A stretch of 64,000 bases of DNA from Botryllus schlosseri (Eukaryota), in the NCBI GenBank assembly GCA_051294905.1, contig CM119371.1:10418001-10482000 (forward strand). The letters run 5' to 3'. The translations under genes and the position numbers were made by a program. How positions within the stretch are numbered: the first letter of the stretch is position 1; the number at the start of each line of letters is the position of its first letter. Of the stretch, positions 1 to 12,212 are shown piece after piece. The notes beneath the pieces are model-generated. The model made no database searches. It was given only the letters and a program-made list of their open reading frames with translations, and was not told the origin of the DNA.

Positions 1-1048
1 ACGCACAGAAAATCGTCTGCCTCGCACAAGAAAGCAGAAGTGAAGACCTTTTATTCTACGTTACCCACTGTTGTCCCAGGGACCGCGCAGTGAGTTGGTG
101 AGTGTGCGCAGATTCGTGAAAAATTAGAGGGAACCTTGCTCGCGGGCCACTCAAAACCTTATCGTTGGCCGCATTTGACCCAAGGGCCATGAGTTAGCCA
201 CCCCTGCTTTAAACATTATGGAACAACCTTGGGTGTACGATACTTTCATGTGGTGAACAAAAAATTTTAATTTTTTTTAAAATTCTATACAATAAATAGA
301 AACTATCTTCTCTTGAAGCAATGCGGCTACGGGTAGGAATTGAACCAAATTTGGTGCGTCGGCTTAAATTAGATGAGTCAACAATTTTATCAAGTAGCCA
401 GTACAATTTGGGAAAAAAGGCATTCTTGAACACCCCTGGTAAACAATCACCCAGTTTCATAGCGAAATATTTACTGATAAGTGATAACTAATTCGATTTC
501 AATATGACCTCACAGATTTCGCAGAATCAATCTTAATTGCAAATATTCACGGGTAATGGGCAATATATGTATTCTACAGCTAGTTCTCGTGGTCTCAAAT
601 TTTTCATTGCGAACATGCATTCTACGCATGTCGGATGTGCGTTGCTTACTATCTTTCGCAGTAACACGCGAGAAAACTGAAACCATACTGAACATTGTCA
701 TGATTCTACGTTTGCTATTCAGGCAATGTTCAAAGCACATACTTGAAAACAGCTGAGTAGCATAGATCACTTGGAGAAAGCCATAACGGATCTTGGCTGG
801 ACCTGGATAGGAGGCGTAGTCGTAGTTTGGGCAGTACGGATCACCATATGTAATATGAAATGGCAGCAACAAAATGATAACTTATTTTAATTCGTGCTCG
901 TGCCTGACTAGCTTAGACAATATTGACTGCATGCCGTAGTAGGTACGGGCATTGATTTGAACCCATGTACCGCATATATAATATTGACAATAAAATTGGA
1001 TGAAACAATAAGTTCTAACTAGAAGCACAATCGCCCTACTATAAAATA

Positions 1049-2473
1049 TTACACTTGTTTTGCATCTTGTAAATATCTCCATAGAAACAGAACAGTCATA
1101 AGGAAGCACAACAAAAATGGCATTGGAAACATGACAGCGAACGCGGAGCTGAATTTATCCATCAAGGCACGCACGCAAGCTGTGCTAAATATCATGAACA
1201 GAACTCCACCCGCCGTCAGAATGCTATACGATTTTAAGCGAATGGGACTGGAGAAGTTGGCTGTTATCCCTGATCCGCGGTGTTTAAGACAAATCTTCAA
1301 TGCAGAACGGGTGGATGATAACGTCAGATACGACACATAAACACCAGCGATATTGTTATAATGGAAGCTCGCAGCTGAACCAGTGAAGGCTAGGATGAGC
1401 AGTGAAGCAACGCAAATTATTGTCAGTCTCGGTTTGGAAAATTTATCAAGAATTTGCCCAACTATAGGTCCCGCAGCAGTTGCGGTTACGATTCCGATGA
1501 TAAACAGCAACCCCACAAACTGATCATTCAAATAGGGAACCTCTTTCAAAATCAAAGAAGATATGAGGGTGGCGCCGTACACTTTGTCGGTCATCGTGAA
1601 AACGTACAGAATAAAAAATATCACATATGGGCGATAATTGAATAGAAATGCGACATCTTTCAGCTCTCCTTTCAGACTGTAAGTCGGTGATGTCTGCACT
1701 AAAGGCGTATTTTCGTTTCGTGCTGGATCATTGTTTATCTCGCTGTGCTCACAAACAGGTGGCTTGTCAGACACGAAACATATTACTAAAACGCAACATA
1801 ATAAGGACATTAGCGACAATGAACCGAATGTCGAAGCGAAAACTATCTTAAATCTGTTATTAATATTTTCAGAAGTAGTAGAGAATATCAATGTTTGCTC
1901 AAGCTCTTGATGGCTATAGGGAATCCCCATTGCTCTTGTAGCAACCAAGTTGGATATCAATAAGGCTAACCGCCCTGTGGCCGATGACATTGCTGTCGCT
2001 TTTCCTCTTTCATGCAAAGGAAACCAATTCACGGACACTAGCTGTGCTATCGGTATAATAATTCCGGCAGCGGTACCGGATAGAAACATCCCAGTAACTA
2101 AGAATCCAAATATTCCTAACAAAACTCCAATTGTTATCAGTAGAGTGGCGCATACGTTCAAAACGCAGGCTACCAAAGTGATTTGCCGAAGGCTGATCCA
2201 ACCACCGATCACGCAGATCACTACACCGCTAGTCAGTCTACCGACGAGATTGGCGATTGCTTGTAAGTCGGTCATGGCTGGATCGATTCCGAAATACCTC
2301 GAAGTGATGTCGTTGACAAATGAGAATGATCCGAAACCGAAGACATCCAATACAGTGATGAAACACACTATCGACGAGATGCCCCATCTTTTCCACACGA
2401 CGCGGTGGCTTCTCCCCTCCAACTGGAACGTCTTGTTGGTTTCTGAATCACAACCACTGTCGGTCGACTTCAT
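1049..2473 (-). CDS. Intronless MFS transporter, SLC49/FLVCR/DIRC2-like (paralog 1), ~474 aa
   Basis: Long ORF with many hydrophobic segments. Motifs HRVVWKRW, SVNWFPLHERGKATA and GQILDKF are typical of MFS/SLC49-type proteins. First in-frame ATG is at 2473 (MKSTDSG); an in-frame TGA lies just upstream of the ORF-track TTG start at 2518. Confidence 0.85.
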   Translation of the reverse strand: MKSTDSGCDSETNKTFQLEGRSHRVVWKRWGISSIVCFITVLDVFGFGSFSFVNDITSRYFGIDPAMTDLQAIANLVGRLTSGVVICVIGGWISLRQITLVACVLNVCATLLITIGVLLGIFGFLVTGMFLSGTAAGIIIPIAQLVSVNWFPLHERGKATAMSSATGRLALLISNLVATRAMGIPYSHQELEQTLIFSTTSENINNRFKIVFASTFGSLSLMSLLCCVLVICFVSDKPPVCEHSEINNDPARNENTPLVQTSPTYSLKGELKDVAFLFNYRPYVIFFILYVFTMTDKVYGATLISSLILKEVPYLNDQFVGLLFIIGIVTATAAGPIVGQILDKFSKPRLTIICVASLLILAFTGSAASFHYNNIAGVYVSYLTLSSTRSALKICLKHRGSGITANFSSPIRLKSYSILTAGGVLFMIFSTACVRALMDKFSSAFAVMFPMPFLLCFLMTVLFLWRYLQDAKQV

Positions 2474-2759
2474 AGCGCAAACAGTCGAGTCAATGTCAGT
2501 CACTCGTTTACATTTCAAGTAATCTTCCGCAATGGCAAATCAATGCAGGAAACGAAATGTTCTATACCAATCTACGCCCACGATTACTTCAGTAATGAGC
2601 ACTAGTATACGTGCCGAAACGAAAGGAAACAGAGAAAGATGATGCTATGAATATTGATTGCTGTGAAATTGGCCTAACGCAGTCGAACCGGATGCTAAGT
2701 TAAGAAGTTACGAATTGGTCGTTTCGGAATGCTTCTATCCGCTCACTGTATCGCATTAT

Positions 2760-4067
2760 CAGAGGTGGTCAGTAACGAAGTACTTCTACTTTTTCGAAGT
2801 ACTCAAGTAGATTTCCTCTACTTCTGGTACTTACTCAAGTAGATCTGATTTTCGCTACTTCTACTTCTACTTCGTAATATTTTGTGATCTACTTACTTAC
2901 TTTTCGCTATTTTCAGTTTGTCAAGTAGAAGTAGTTTAATCCCCCAATCAGGAAGATAGCCTGATGAATGTCGGGGCTGTTTTCACGAAGTATTAACATT
3001 TAATTTTCATAAAAGTTGAGTAAAGCCCACAATTTTCGTCGCGCTTCGCGCGCAGTGGATACGGAGTGACCACTATGATTTCACGAAAGTATCGATCAAT
3101 ATAATTTAGGTAGCGGGTTGGCGTGGTTCCGTTCACACCACATTGTCGCCCTTCGCCATATGAAATATTTCATAACAGTATATATGGATCATCGCAACGT
3201 TTGAAACTTATGTTTCGCAATCTAGTATTTACTTATCATATCGTAATCTAGCATGCCCATTGTCCATGACGTGTCCTAATCTGGAAAAGTGGACTCTGAC
3301 TTTTTTTTAGTTTTAGAGCAGTTTTAGCATGCCCCCTTTGAAACTTTCTGGACTAAAGACATGGAAATCATGTTCCGCTTTTAGAAGTAGTGTTTATATT
3401 TCACTTTCAATTCCCGGTATAATAAACTTTGAGTTCTAATTATATCAGCTCTTTTATCTGGATAACATACATGTTGAAGTGTAAAAGCAAGTGTAGTAAT
3501 GCCTTTAATTTCCGGAAATAAAAGCTACACAATATGGCATTTTTACGGTCCACCATATTTTTCATTACCATTTACTAATTGCGCAAAGTGTTTACACCCC
3601 TCGTATCGTATACAACTTCTCCGTATTGCTCTTCGACTAAACTACGGGCCTTATGATATGGGGGAGGGCGCCATATCATGATATTTTCTAAAACGTGCTG
3701 TTCGAGAAAACAAATCATTAGTATCGCATTTACATATCAATACTATCATTTTCATCCCATGATGCGGACGAATGCTTATGCTGTCGAAAATTGGATACCT
3801 GCTGGTAATGGTCTATATGAATCGAGCTCGGCATTTTTCGCATGGTTCGATTTGCACCTTTTGACAATCCATGTGAACGAATTAAGATCGTTTTCACAAC
3901 TACTTACTTACTTGTGAGTAGATTTCAAGTCGGTCAATTCTACTTCTACTTCAAGAAGTTTTAGGTTGCTTATGGAAGAAGTACTTCTACTCGTACTTTA
4001 GTAGATTTTTTCTTCGCTACTTCCACTTCTACTTGAGTAGCTTTCTTGACTACTTTGACCACCTCTG
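2760..4067. mobile_element. Non-autonomous hAT-type element with TACTTCTACT-rich subtermini
   Basis: TIR CAGAGGTGGTCA / TGACCACCTCTG; 8-bp TSD cgcattat/cgcgttat. Confidence 0.75.
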
Positions 4068-6338
4068 CGCGTTATGTCTGGTATACCGCATTGGGCATTG
4101 TAAGTATGTGTCTTGGGCAGATGGAAATATATTCCAGCGATTATCGATTAATATTTTTGATAATGCAATGAGATGCATAAGGCTCACTGCTATCCGCTAT
4201 GATTCATTGATTTACCTGAAATCAATAAGGCCATGAATCATCAATTGTGGTGAATATTTTTAAACGGCCTTCGAAGTATACAATTCACTAGTACATTCAT
4301 ATTGAAATCAACCGAATATTTTTGGCAAGGGTAATCGTCAGCAACTAGTAAGGAATTGGAAAGAGCATTGTTTATCAACAATCGTATCACAAAATATTAC
4401 GTCACCAGCATCAAATGAAATCTCAAATAGGAGAGCGTTCAATGTACGATTTTAAGATGGTACACGAACTCCTTCGTACACAAAGCTTGAGCAAAAGGAG
4501 TTCGTCTACCATCTTGGCTTAGATCAGAGGCGACCAACCAGTGGTCCGCGAGAATATTTTGAGTGACCCGCGAGGTAATTATCGAAATTAGTTATATTAT
4601 CAAAAATGAATTTCACTGATTTTGAACTTACACGGCCAATCAAATATTTGATTAGCCTGTTCGCGGCACTTGAGATGTTGATTATTAAAATATCAGTTCC
4701 GACGAATCGGCAGATCCAGGGGCCTGTCACAATTTTGACAAAACTTCATATGTAACAATTCAGTAACGTAGTTTGCGGTAGATTCATCTAAAGCAGGGGT
4801 GGGCAAACTTTTCAGCTCGCGGGCCGCATTCAACATCTGAATCCATTCGCGGGCCGCACTATATAAAATTGGGATTATAAACCAAAACGCAATATTGGTA
4901 TTTGATTATGTAGTGAGGACATGGAGATAATACATATGCTTATAACAAACCAAACAATGTTTTGATGATATCGTACACGCGTCAGAAACAGTGGCGAGAT
5001 TTCATAGGCTGGTCTATCTCAATAACCAATTTGTTAAAACTATAGAGATGACAGTCGGTAGTCCCGATTCTTAGAACAGCATTGAAATTTAAATCTGGGA
5101 GCAGCGATCTGTTCATAGATTTACTAATTCCAGTTTTGGTTCAGTTCAAGGACATACAATGCTGACAGCATCGTAACCAAGTTAGCTTCAAATACGCTTC
5201 TACTGCGTGTAGATAACATATAATTATACCCTAATTCTACGCATACGGAGAACGAATCTACCTAAGACACGCGAGAATCGTTTTTTATAAGCACATCACT
5301 GATATAATTAAAACTGGAGTGGCCAATCTAAAATCACACTCGTGGTCCGAATGGACGATTCTCACCGCTTTAGCGCCCCTTGTGGATGGTTGGCCAGAGT
5401 GATTTCGCCTCCATGAGGTTAGCATTGTCAGCAAGGGCAATCTCATTGTTTTGCCCTTCTGGCGACGCTTTACTGCGAGCGTATGGGTTCTTAGTTATTG
5501 CTACAGCCCTTATGACCGATTTCATGTCATTGCTAGCAAAATCAGGACCCTATTTCTTCACTAGTTGTTTGAGAATCCTTATCCGTTGAACTGCATTTTG
5601 CCAAAATGCACTGATACCAATGTTTATCTCAAATGTCACAAATGGCAGGAACATTTTAGACAGTAATCGAACCGAGAGTATGGAACTAGTATATTCTGAG
5701 TTGTTGACGGGTTTACCCACGTTCAGTTTTGCTGACGTAGACAGGATTGCCAGTGAAATTTTTGCCTGTCGCTGCCGTCAATGCGTGATATTGGTAAAGC
5801 AATAACTTGTAAAGCTAAGTATCAGCAGTTAAATTGTTCCCAAATAATAACGAATGATACGAAGCTTTAAATACGAGTACAAAATGCTGCCGCATATTCT
5901 TATTTTAAAGGTGCAGATGTGCCATATTGACCAACCACAACGCCGTGGACCTATGGACATTATTTCAAGATCTGATGACGAACTGCCTAGAAATGTCAGT
6001 GACACCCAACCCATTTGCTGGATAGGAAAGGGTCATGGCGACCCGGAGATCTTTCATTTTAACCGGGTTTATACTTTGGTCTCCATGGTGTTCTCATGCA
6101 CCAAACCCCTCACTTCCAGTTGTGCCCCGGATAGCTCTGCATAACTGGCTAGTTTCTAGCAAATGGCCAATACATTGTCAATAACTCGCCCATTGTCTAC
6201 GTGCCTAATTTGTCAATATAAATAACGCACAGAACTGTCGAAAGTTGATTATTTATTGAACATTTGGGAAATGAAAGGATTGCATGCTATGATAGAATAG
6301 CAGTCAACCATGCCTCAAGACTTGTGTGTATCCTCCCT

Positions 6339-7053
6339 TCAGTGTGGTAGAGGATTTGTTGATATACGTATCGTCATTGAACCTTCACTCAAATCCTGTA
6401 TTCGTTCCTTTGCTTTACATAACTCTTCGGAAAGGGGTAAATCTTCTTTACAATAGCTGTGATCCAACAATGGCTCTTGCAGGTGTGTGATCTGATCAGT
6501 GCTGCTTGAACCCGGCATTTCTTTTGGAGTGTCATGTCCACTGCAAATACAGTTATGCAAAAATTAATGACACGTAACCAATGGGGGAACATGCCATGTG
6601 ACAGAAATTAAAGTAGGCTATGCACAACTACGCCATGGAATTTAGCAAATGTGGCAGTTTATGAAGTAGGTCTACATTTACTTACTTGAAGTAATCGAGC
6701 TTTAACTCAATAATTAGTCCCAGTGATGTAACCCAAAAATATCAAACAATTATAAAATTACTCAGATCACAAATGAGTCGGATTACATAACATGTCAGTC
6801 AGCTTGCCACAGATTGATGGGAATGATTTTCGCTACTCATATATATGTTGTAATTGTAATATGTTGTAAATTGATAATTTATTTATTCTTCTCACCTCTG
6901 ATGCCTGAGTAACACCCTTCTTAGGGCTCTTGACTTCGTCCACTCAAAAATGCCAGGAACTGCTCCCATTTTCAAAAAGTGACGTCTGCTAGAAATTAGT
7001 CCATAGTCCTTTTCATGAAAATGCTCGCCACAAACCCGCGTATTTACAGTTAT
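6339..7053 (-). pseudogene. Spliced THAP-domain gene relic (transposon-associated)
   Basis: Exon 7053-6896, bounded by AG and GT, encodes ITVNTRVCGEHFHEKDYGLISSRRHFLKMGAVPGIFEW (THAP C-x4-H, AVP motif). A downstream exon from 6540 encodes LLDHSYC followed by the coiled-coil-like EELCKAKERIQDL. Confidence 0.65.
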
Positions 7054-7696
7054 CTATACAAATGTCAAGAGTTATCCGATTTCCTATAAGCTATATAAAA
7101 TAGGCAATATAGATGTGTTGTTAACGGTACTTTGCAAATCAACCTGTACACATAAAACTTGTTGATTATTAGTCGAATAAATTCACTACTTTATATGCGT
7201 TATGATCAACTATTTCACAGATAGGGTTATGCTATGGCCTCAAAGTCTATCTGGTATTACTTGTTGGTCTTGTGGATATACGGCTGTCGAGTCATCAGAA
7301 AATCATGACTAGTGTCATTGCCGCCCTGGCTGTGATACAGCTGATACTTGAGTGATGCAGCTAATACCTGAGTGTTCCAGCTGTGATACAGCTGCATATC
7401 CACAGGTTCCCCGACTTTTGTGAGTGAAAAGTTGTCACACACCGGCACAAGAAAGCTTTGTAAAACGACTGTAAACCAGCTCGGTTTTTCGCTCAAAAAC
7501 ATTGTAGTATTGTTATCAATACTTATTTTGCACCAAAACGCGGAACCACCATTAAGCGAAAACGCAAGGCGTTAAATAACGTAACCAACTCCAAAACAGC
7601 CACCTGCGCCTATGAAGCTCGATTCGGCTCTGGCCAACCATAGGCCAAGATGGCGGCGCCCGAGAGCAAAAATGAAAATCGTCCATTATGTCAATC

Positions 7697-8282
7697 CATA
7701 GATTACTAACTTGCGGATAGATACGCAACTCCTGGTGGTTACGCTTGGGCAAGCAGTGTCTCGTATTGCTGAGCAATCTGAAAGTAGCGTAATTGGTAGT
7801 GCTGTAGCTGGCGACCAGAGCGCTGAAATTCAATATAATTGGTCTTAAGCGAAAGCTAGTGTCGCACTGATTCCGAAAATATAGATTAAAATCTTGTCAG
7901 GGGAATGGAACCACCCCTAAACAGCTCGCAAAGTCTGAAAATCGGCATTGTTCCAACAATGGCAGCGTCGCGACACAATGAACATAACAATGGTCAATTT
8001 CGTCCAGCGATTGTTCGGAACAATGCCGAGTTTCAGACTTTGAGGGCTGTTTTGAGGTGGTTCCATTGCTCTGAAAATTTTTTAATTTGTATTGTCGGAA
8101 CCAGTGCGACGCTAGCTTTCGATTAAGACCAGTTTTATTCATTTTCATCGCTCTGGTCGCCAGTTAGAGCACTACCAATTATGCTGCTTTTAGATTGCTC
8201 AGCAATAAGTGTAACTGCTTGCGCGAGCGTAACGACGGGTTTTGCGAGAGTTGCGTATCTATCCGTAGGTTAGTAATCTATA
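7697..8282. mobile_element. Foldback MITE with CATAG terminus (P-element-like)
   Basis: ~260-bp imperfect inverted arms; ends CATAGATTAC / GTAATCTATA; 7-bp TSD gtcaatc. Confidence 0.7.
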
Positions 8283-8410
8283 GTCAATCGCGTTTAGGAT
8301 TTCTGTGATGTTTAGCAGTGGAAACATTTTAAACTGCGTGGGCCTTGAAATCAAGCTGTCGCGCCAGAAATTAAACATAAAAAATATTATAGGAAGTATT
8401 TACCTTAAAA

Positions 8411-8720
8411 CAGTGGTTCTCAAACTTTTTAAGACACGCCTTCCCCCCCCCCACCCTTTATGTCGGTGAAAGATTTCGCGCCCTCTCACCGTAATATCAC
8501 AAAACGCAACCAGGACGCTAGCAAACCTAATAGACAGTTTGATGGCGTGAGAAGGTTACGACTGTGGATGAGAGATTTTTAAATAAGTAATTCAAACTAA
8601 ATATAGTGATCAATAAATCCGAATTTAATGTAAATCACGCGTAGCGTGAAAATTTTTTCAGTTGAGCTCAGCTGGGCACCCCGTTCAGATGCTTTCACGC
8701 CCCCAGTTTGAGAACCACTG
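8411..8720. mobile_element. MITE, CAGTGGTTCTCAAA family
   Basis: TIR CAGTGGTTCTCAAA / TTTGAGAACCACTG; related copy at 14182-14471. Confidence 0.7.
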
Positions 8721-9558
8721 TCATCGAATTATCATGATGAAATATACTAAGAAAAGTTTACTCAAGTCCCTGCATTAGTAAGATTTTTAGTGCGCTTATC
8801 AATATTTTTGATAAGTTTCTTCAGACTCTCGCGGGCCGCACAGAACGGTGTTGCGGGCCGCATGCGGCCCGCGGGCCGTAGTTTGCCCACCCCTGATCTA
8901 ATGGCTCTCTATAATTGCTCAAATGCAACAAGACGAACTTTTTTAGTACTACATTTAAGTCGCTTTTTCTTTACATATAACCATCGTGGTGCCAAGTTAT
9001 TTCAACTTACTTCAAGTAGTTTTGATGGATTTCCATCGTTTCCAAGACTGTAATCGTCATAACAATCAGGCAGTCCATAACCCTACGACTACGGTAACGA
9101 AATATAGTTTTAGTACCTCACCTATTTATTCATAATTGATCACTCTTGTCCGAATTTTTAAAGTTGTCAACTGCGATTTCCCGGTAAATGTACGACCCCT
9201 TAGCGCAAGGGACCGTCTGAAGCTATATTTAACTGTATTGATTTCAAAAGTATCGTTTCTATGCTATATGGTGAAGTAATTGTGTCATTCTCTGGAAGTA
9301 GCTATTTGTAAGTTATTTCTCTTGAAATAATATCAAAGAGCAGCGTGAATGACTACGTTATAAACCTTTTAAAACACTATCAAATTTACTGTTGTTCAAT
9401 TATTATCGTACAGTTTGCACTAATTTCCATGCGTCGGGAAGGATACAAAAACGTATCAAATGACACCAGATCTCGTAGTATTGTTGCTGACGACATTTCG
9501 TTGATATGCAGAATTTCATTTGCTTCATCAACTTATTAAGCATTTTAAACCTATATAG

Positions 9559-11699
9559 TCAGCGAAATTGTGTTGTTGTAGAATGGATGGACCCAGATCC
9601 ATTCATAGTGCCAGTAATATTCGATAAGGGAAATGAAGAAACCGTGTTGGAACATACGCCTGTCAAAATGAAACCGTTTGTCAAACCTAGGAGCTTGCAA
9701 TTTGGAGCATTAAACATTGATGGATATCCCAACGCAATGTGCCCAGGGGCAACGTAAGTGAATGTTGCTTTTAAAAACAAATGTTTTTCCGTCTTTTATC
9801 ATGAAGAAGCTCATCGTCTCACTGTATCGGCATAGTGTACGTCAACTCATAGTATCAAATTGATCGTTGAAGTCAACCATTTTTCTAACGTATGAGATCC
9901 GAGGGAATTTACATGTGACTTCACATGATATTTGAGCATATTTCTGTTCCATTCTGCTTAAAACAAAGTAAATATTGGAAAGAGAGTAATGTATAGGAAA
10001 GAGAAGATATGTAACATACCCATGTAACTACTAAATATATATACATGTAAATGAATTCTGAATCACGAGTTTGAAGAATTCAATCGTAGTTCAGAGAGTA
10101 CATTTATCATTTATGCAGTTTGTATCAGATAATTGCTGCGACCAATACCAGAGTACCAGAATACTAGAGTAATGCTTTTGTGGCATTTGTAGATATGCTG
10201 AAAGCACTATTGCAATAGCTCACACCAATAAGTCATTTCAAGTCAATTACAGCTTATTCGAATAAAAAGTACTAAATTTCATTTAAATTCTTTAAAACTT
10301 TTACCGCGACATTAGTGAAGATGAGTAATTTCATATGTTGAAAAACGGATCAATTCAAATTCCGAGTAGCTAAAATAATATAACTTGGTACAGTACAACC
10401 CTTCATAGCTGAAAGTTCAAGTTCAAGCCCAAGTTCTGACGGTCCTGCAAAGCGAGGGAATGGAGTCGCTCTTTCTAACGTATTTTGAAACCGCAACAAA
10501 GTAAAATATTCTGATAATAGTTCGTATTTCGGTAATTTATCGCTTCAAAACACAGGGTTGTAGCCGAGTCGCAAGGCTCCGAGTCACAAGTCAATCTCCC
10601 TTTTATAGTTTTGACTCGAGTCAAGTCGAGTCATTTTCGATTCACCAGCGAGTCAAGTCCGTCATTGCGGACAAGCTGTGTTGTTTTTCAATTTCGTTAG
10701 CGCACCTGTCTCGATCTTCATCACGCGATAGCTTCCATTTTGTCGGCGCGAAAAACCTTTCAATGGGTCTGATGCCAATACCGACATCGCAATTTAGAAT
10801 TATATATAGAAAATATCTACTAGAAACGTAATGTTGATTTTTATTCGTCCGTCCATCAATTCATCTATCCATCCACCCATGCAAATTCATGTCTATTAAA
10901 TGAAAACGAACAGAAGACAATATAAAAAGGTCAAGTGAGAAAGATGCATGACTGTCACGGGCTCACAGCCGAAGCTGATACCACAGATCATGGTCGGGTA
11001 ATCTTGAACGGTCACTAGTATTCATTGAGAATAAGCTTCCTGTGGATTAACTTCAATGAGTACATGCTCGAAGATTATCTGATTGCGCACATCATACTGA
11101 TCCATAGTCGTGGTCGGTCATACGCAATACATATACTTGATAATAGATCGATGTGTCATCTTGTAATTCGGGCAAATTATGTGGAAATTATAAAGCGAGG
11201 ACGCGCGTTTATTGCACCTATGCAATATTGATTCCGAAGTGACGATGATATTGAATTTGGCGGGGTAGTTACTGCAATGGAGATGATACGTAAACGTGAA
11301 CCTTCTAGCACTCTCATACTCTGTATGTTCAAAGCACCACATAACTGTCGTACGCCTCTCGATGTTTCAGCGTGAACACTACTTCTCCCGAATATTTGTG
11401 CGTCGGTGGGATTTCGAATGACATTACCGAGTTGAGAACGTGTGGAGATTTCGCAGGTTGGTGTATTATGATCCAACGTACATGCTGCGTAAGAAAAATT
11501 TCATCATGCTCTCAAATTGATTTGGTAGGGTGGCAAGGAGTTTCAAAGTCGACCGCCTATGGAGGTTTGCTGACATTATGGGCATCTGCGAAATGTCCGA
11601 ATTAAAATGTAAATATTAAACCCAGGTGATGAATACATGGACGGATGGGAGCACTCGACTTCGGATTTATCGTCTACTCTTCTGATATTCTACCGATAA
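9559..11699 (+). CDS. Intelectin-like lectin, 3' exons (~9559-9753, 11371-11456, 11529-11564, 11626-11699)
   Basis: GT-AG introns with compatible phases give ...IVPVIFDKGNEETVLEHTPVKMKPFVKPRSLQFGALNIDGYPNAMCPGATVNTTSPEYLCVGGISNDITELRTCGDFAGWQGVSKSTAYGGDEYMDGWEHSTSDLSSTLLIFYR*. This matches the intelectin C-terminal pattern (PVVYDFG...QFR.FN..R.ANALC.G...EHHCIGG...CGDF...LLFYR). Upstream exons were not identified. Confidence 0.8.
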
Positions 11700-11769
11700 T
11701 TGTTTGTATTCATATATGCCATTTGAAACCTATACCCCACCAGTTCATTTTCTGCTACAGCCCAAGCCC

Positions 11770-12085
11770 TAGGGTTACCATACGTCCTCTTTTAAAAGGA
11801 TATCTCCTCTTTTTTGACTTTCTTGAAAGTGGCATCGGAGGACGCCCAAATGTCCTCTTCTCATGAAATTTTGTCCTCTTTTTTTGAGAATTTTGTTTAA
11901 ATATAGGGTGAAGGTCAAGTGAGATACAGTAAATCAGCACTGAAGTAACGCTCCGGCGACTATTGCGGTAACTGAGCCTGAAAGATGACCTTTTACCATC
12001 TTTTCAGAATTTTCCTCCGGCATTACAAGTCTGAAAATTTTGAAAAAGTGTCTTCTTTTCAGATTTCCAAAATATGTTAACCCTA
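11770..12085. mobile_element. MITE, TAGGGTTACCAT family with AAAAGAGGAC motifs
   Basis: TIR TAGGGTTACCATA / ATGTTAACCCTA; homologous to ~50120-50483, ~51585-51945 and 54602-54973. Confidence 0.7.
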
Positions 12086-12212
12086 CTATACCCGTTTCTA
12101 CATCTGACATTGAGCAGGGATGGCAAGTTCTGAAATGAATAGTAATTCTTGCAATTTTGGGCGACCGTGCAAAATACATGACATATCATTCTAACGTTAA
12201 TTATTGGGGATT

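Larger units (their letters stand above)
4794..8895. mobile_element. Non-autonomous hAT-type element carrying nested insertions
   Basis: TIR CAGGGGTGGGCAAACT / AGTTTGCCCACCCCTG; TSD atctaaag/atctaatg; GCGGGCCGC subterminal motifs. Confidence 0.7.

Noticed and set aside
318..440. Possible discoidin/FA58C-like exon (ILSSSQYNLGKKAFLNTP) and similar hints at ~4120-4230
   Set aside because: The motifs are too weak and fragmentary to call without an HMM search.
1950..2522. 190-aa + strand ORF (and 39651-40082)
   Set aside because: Antisense shadow of the MFS coding sequence.
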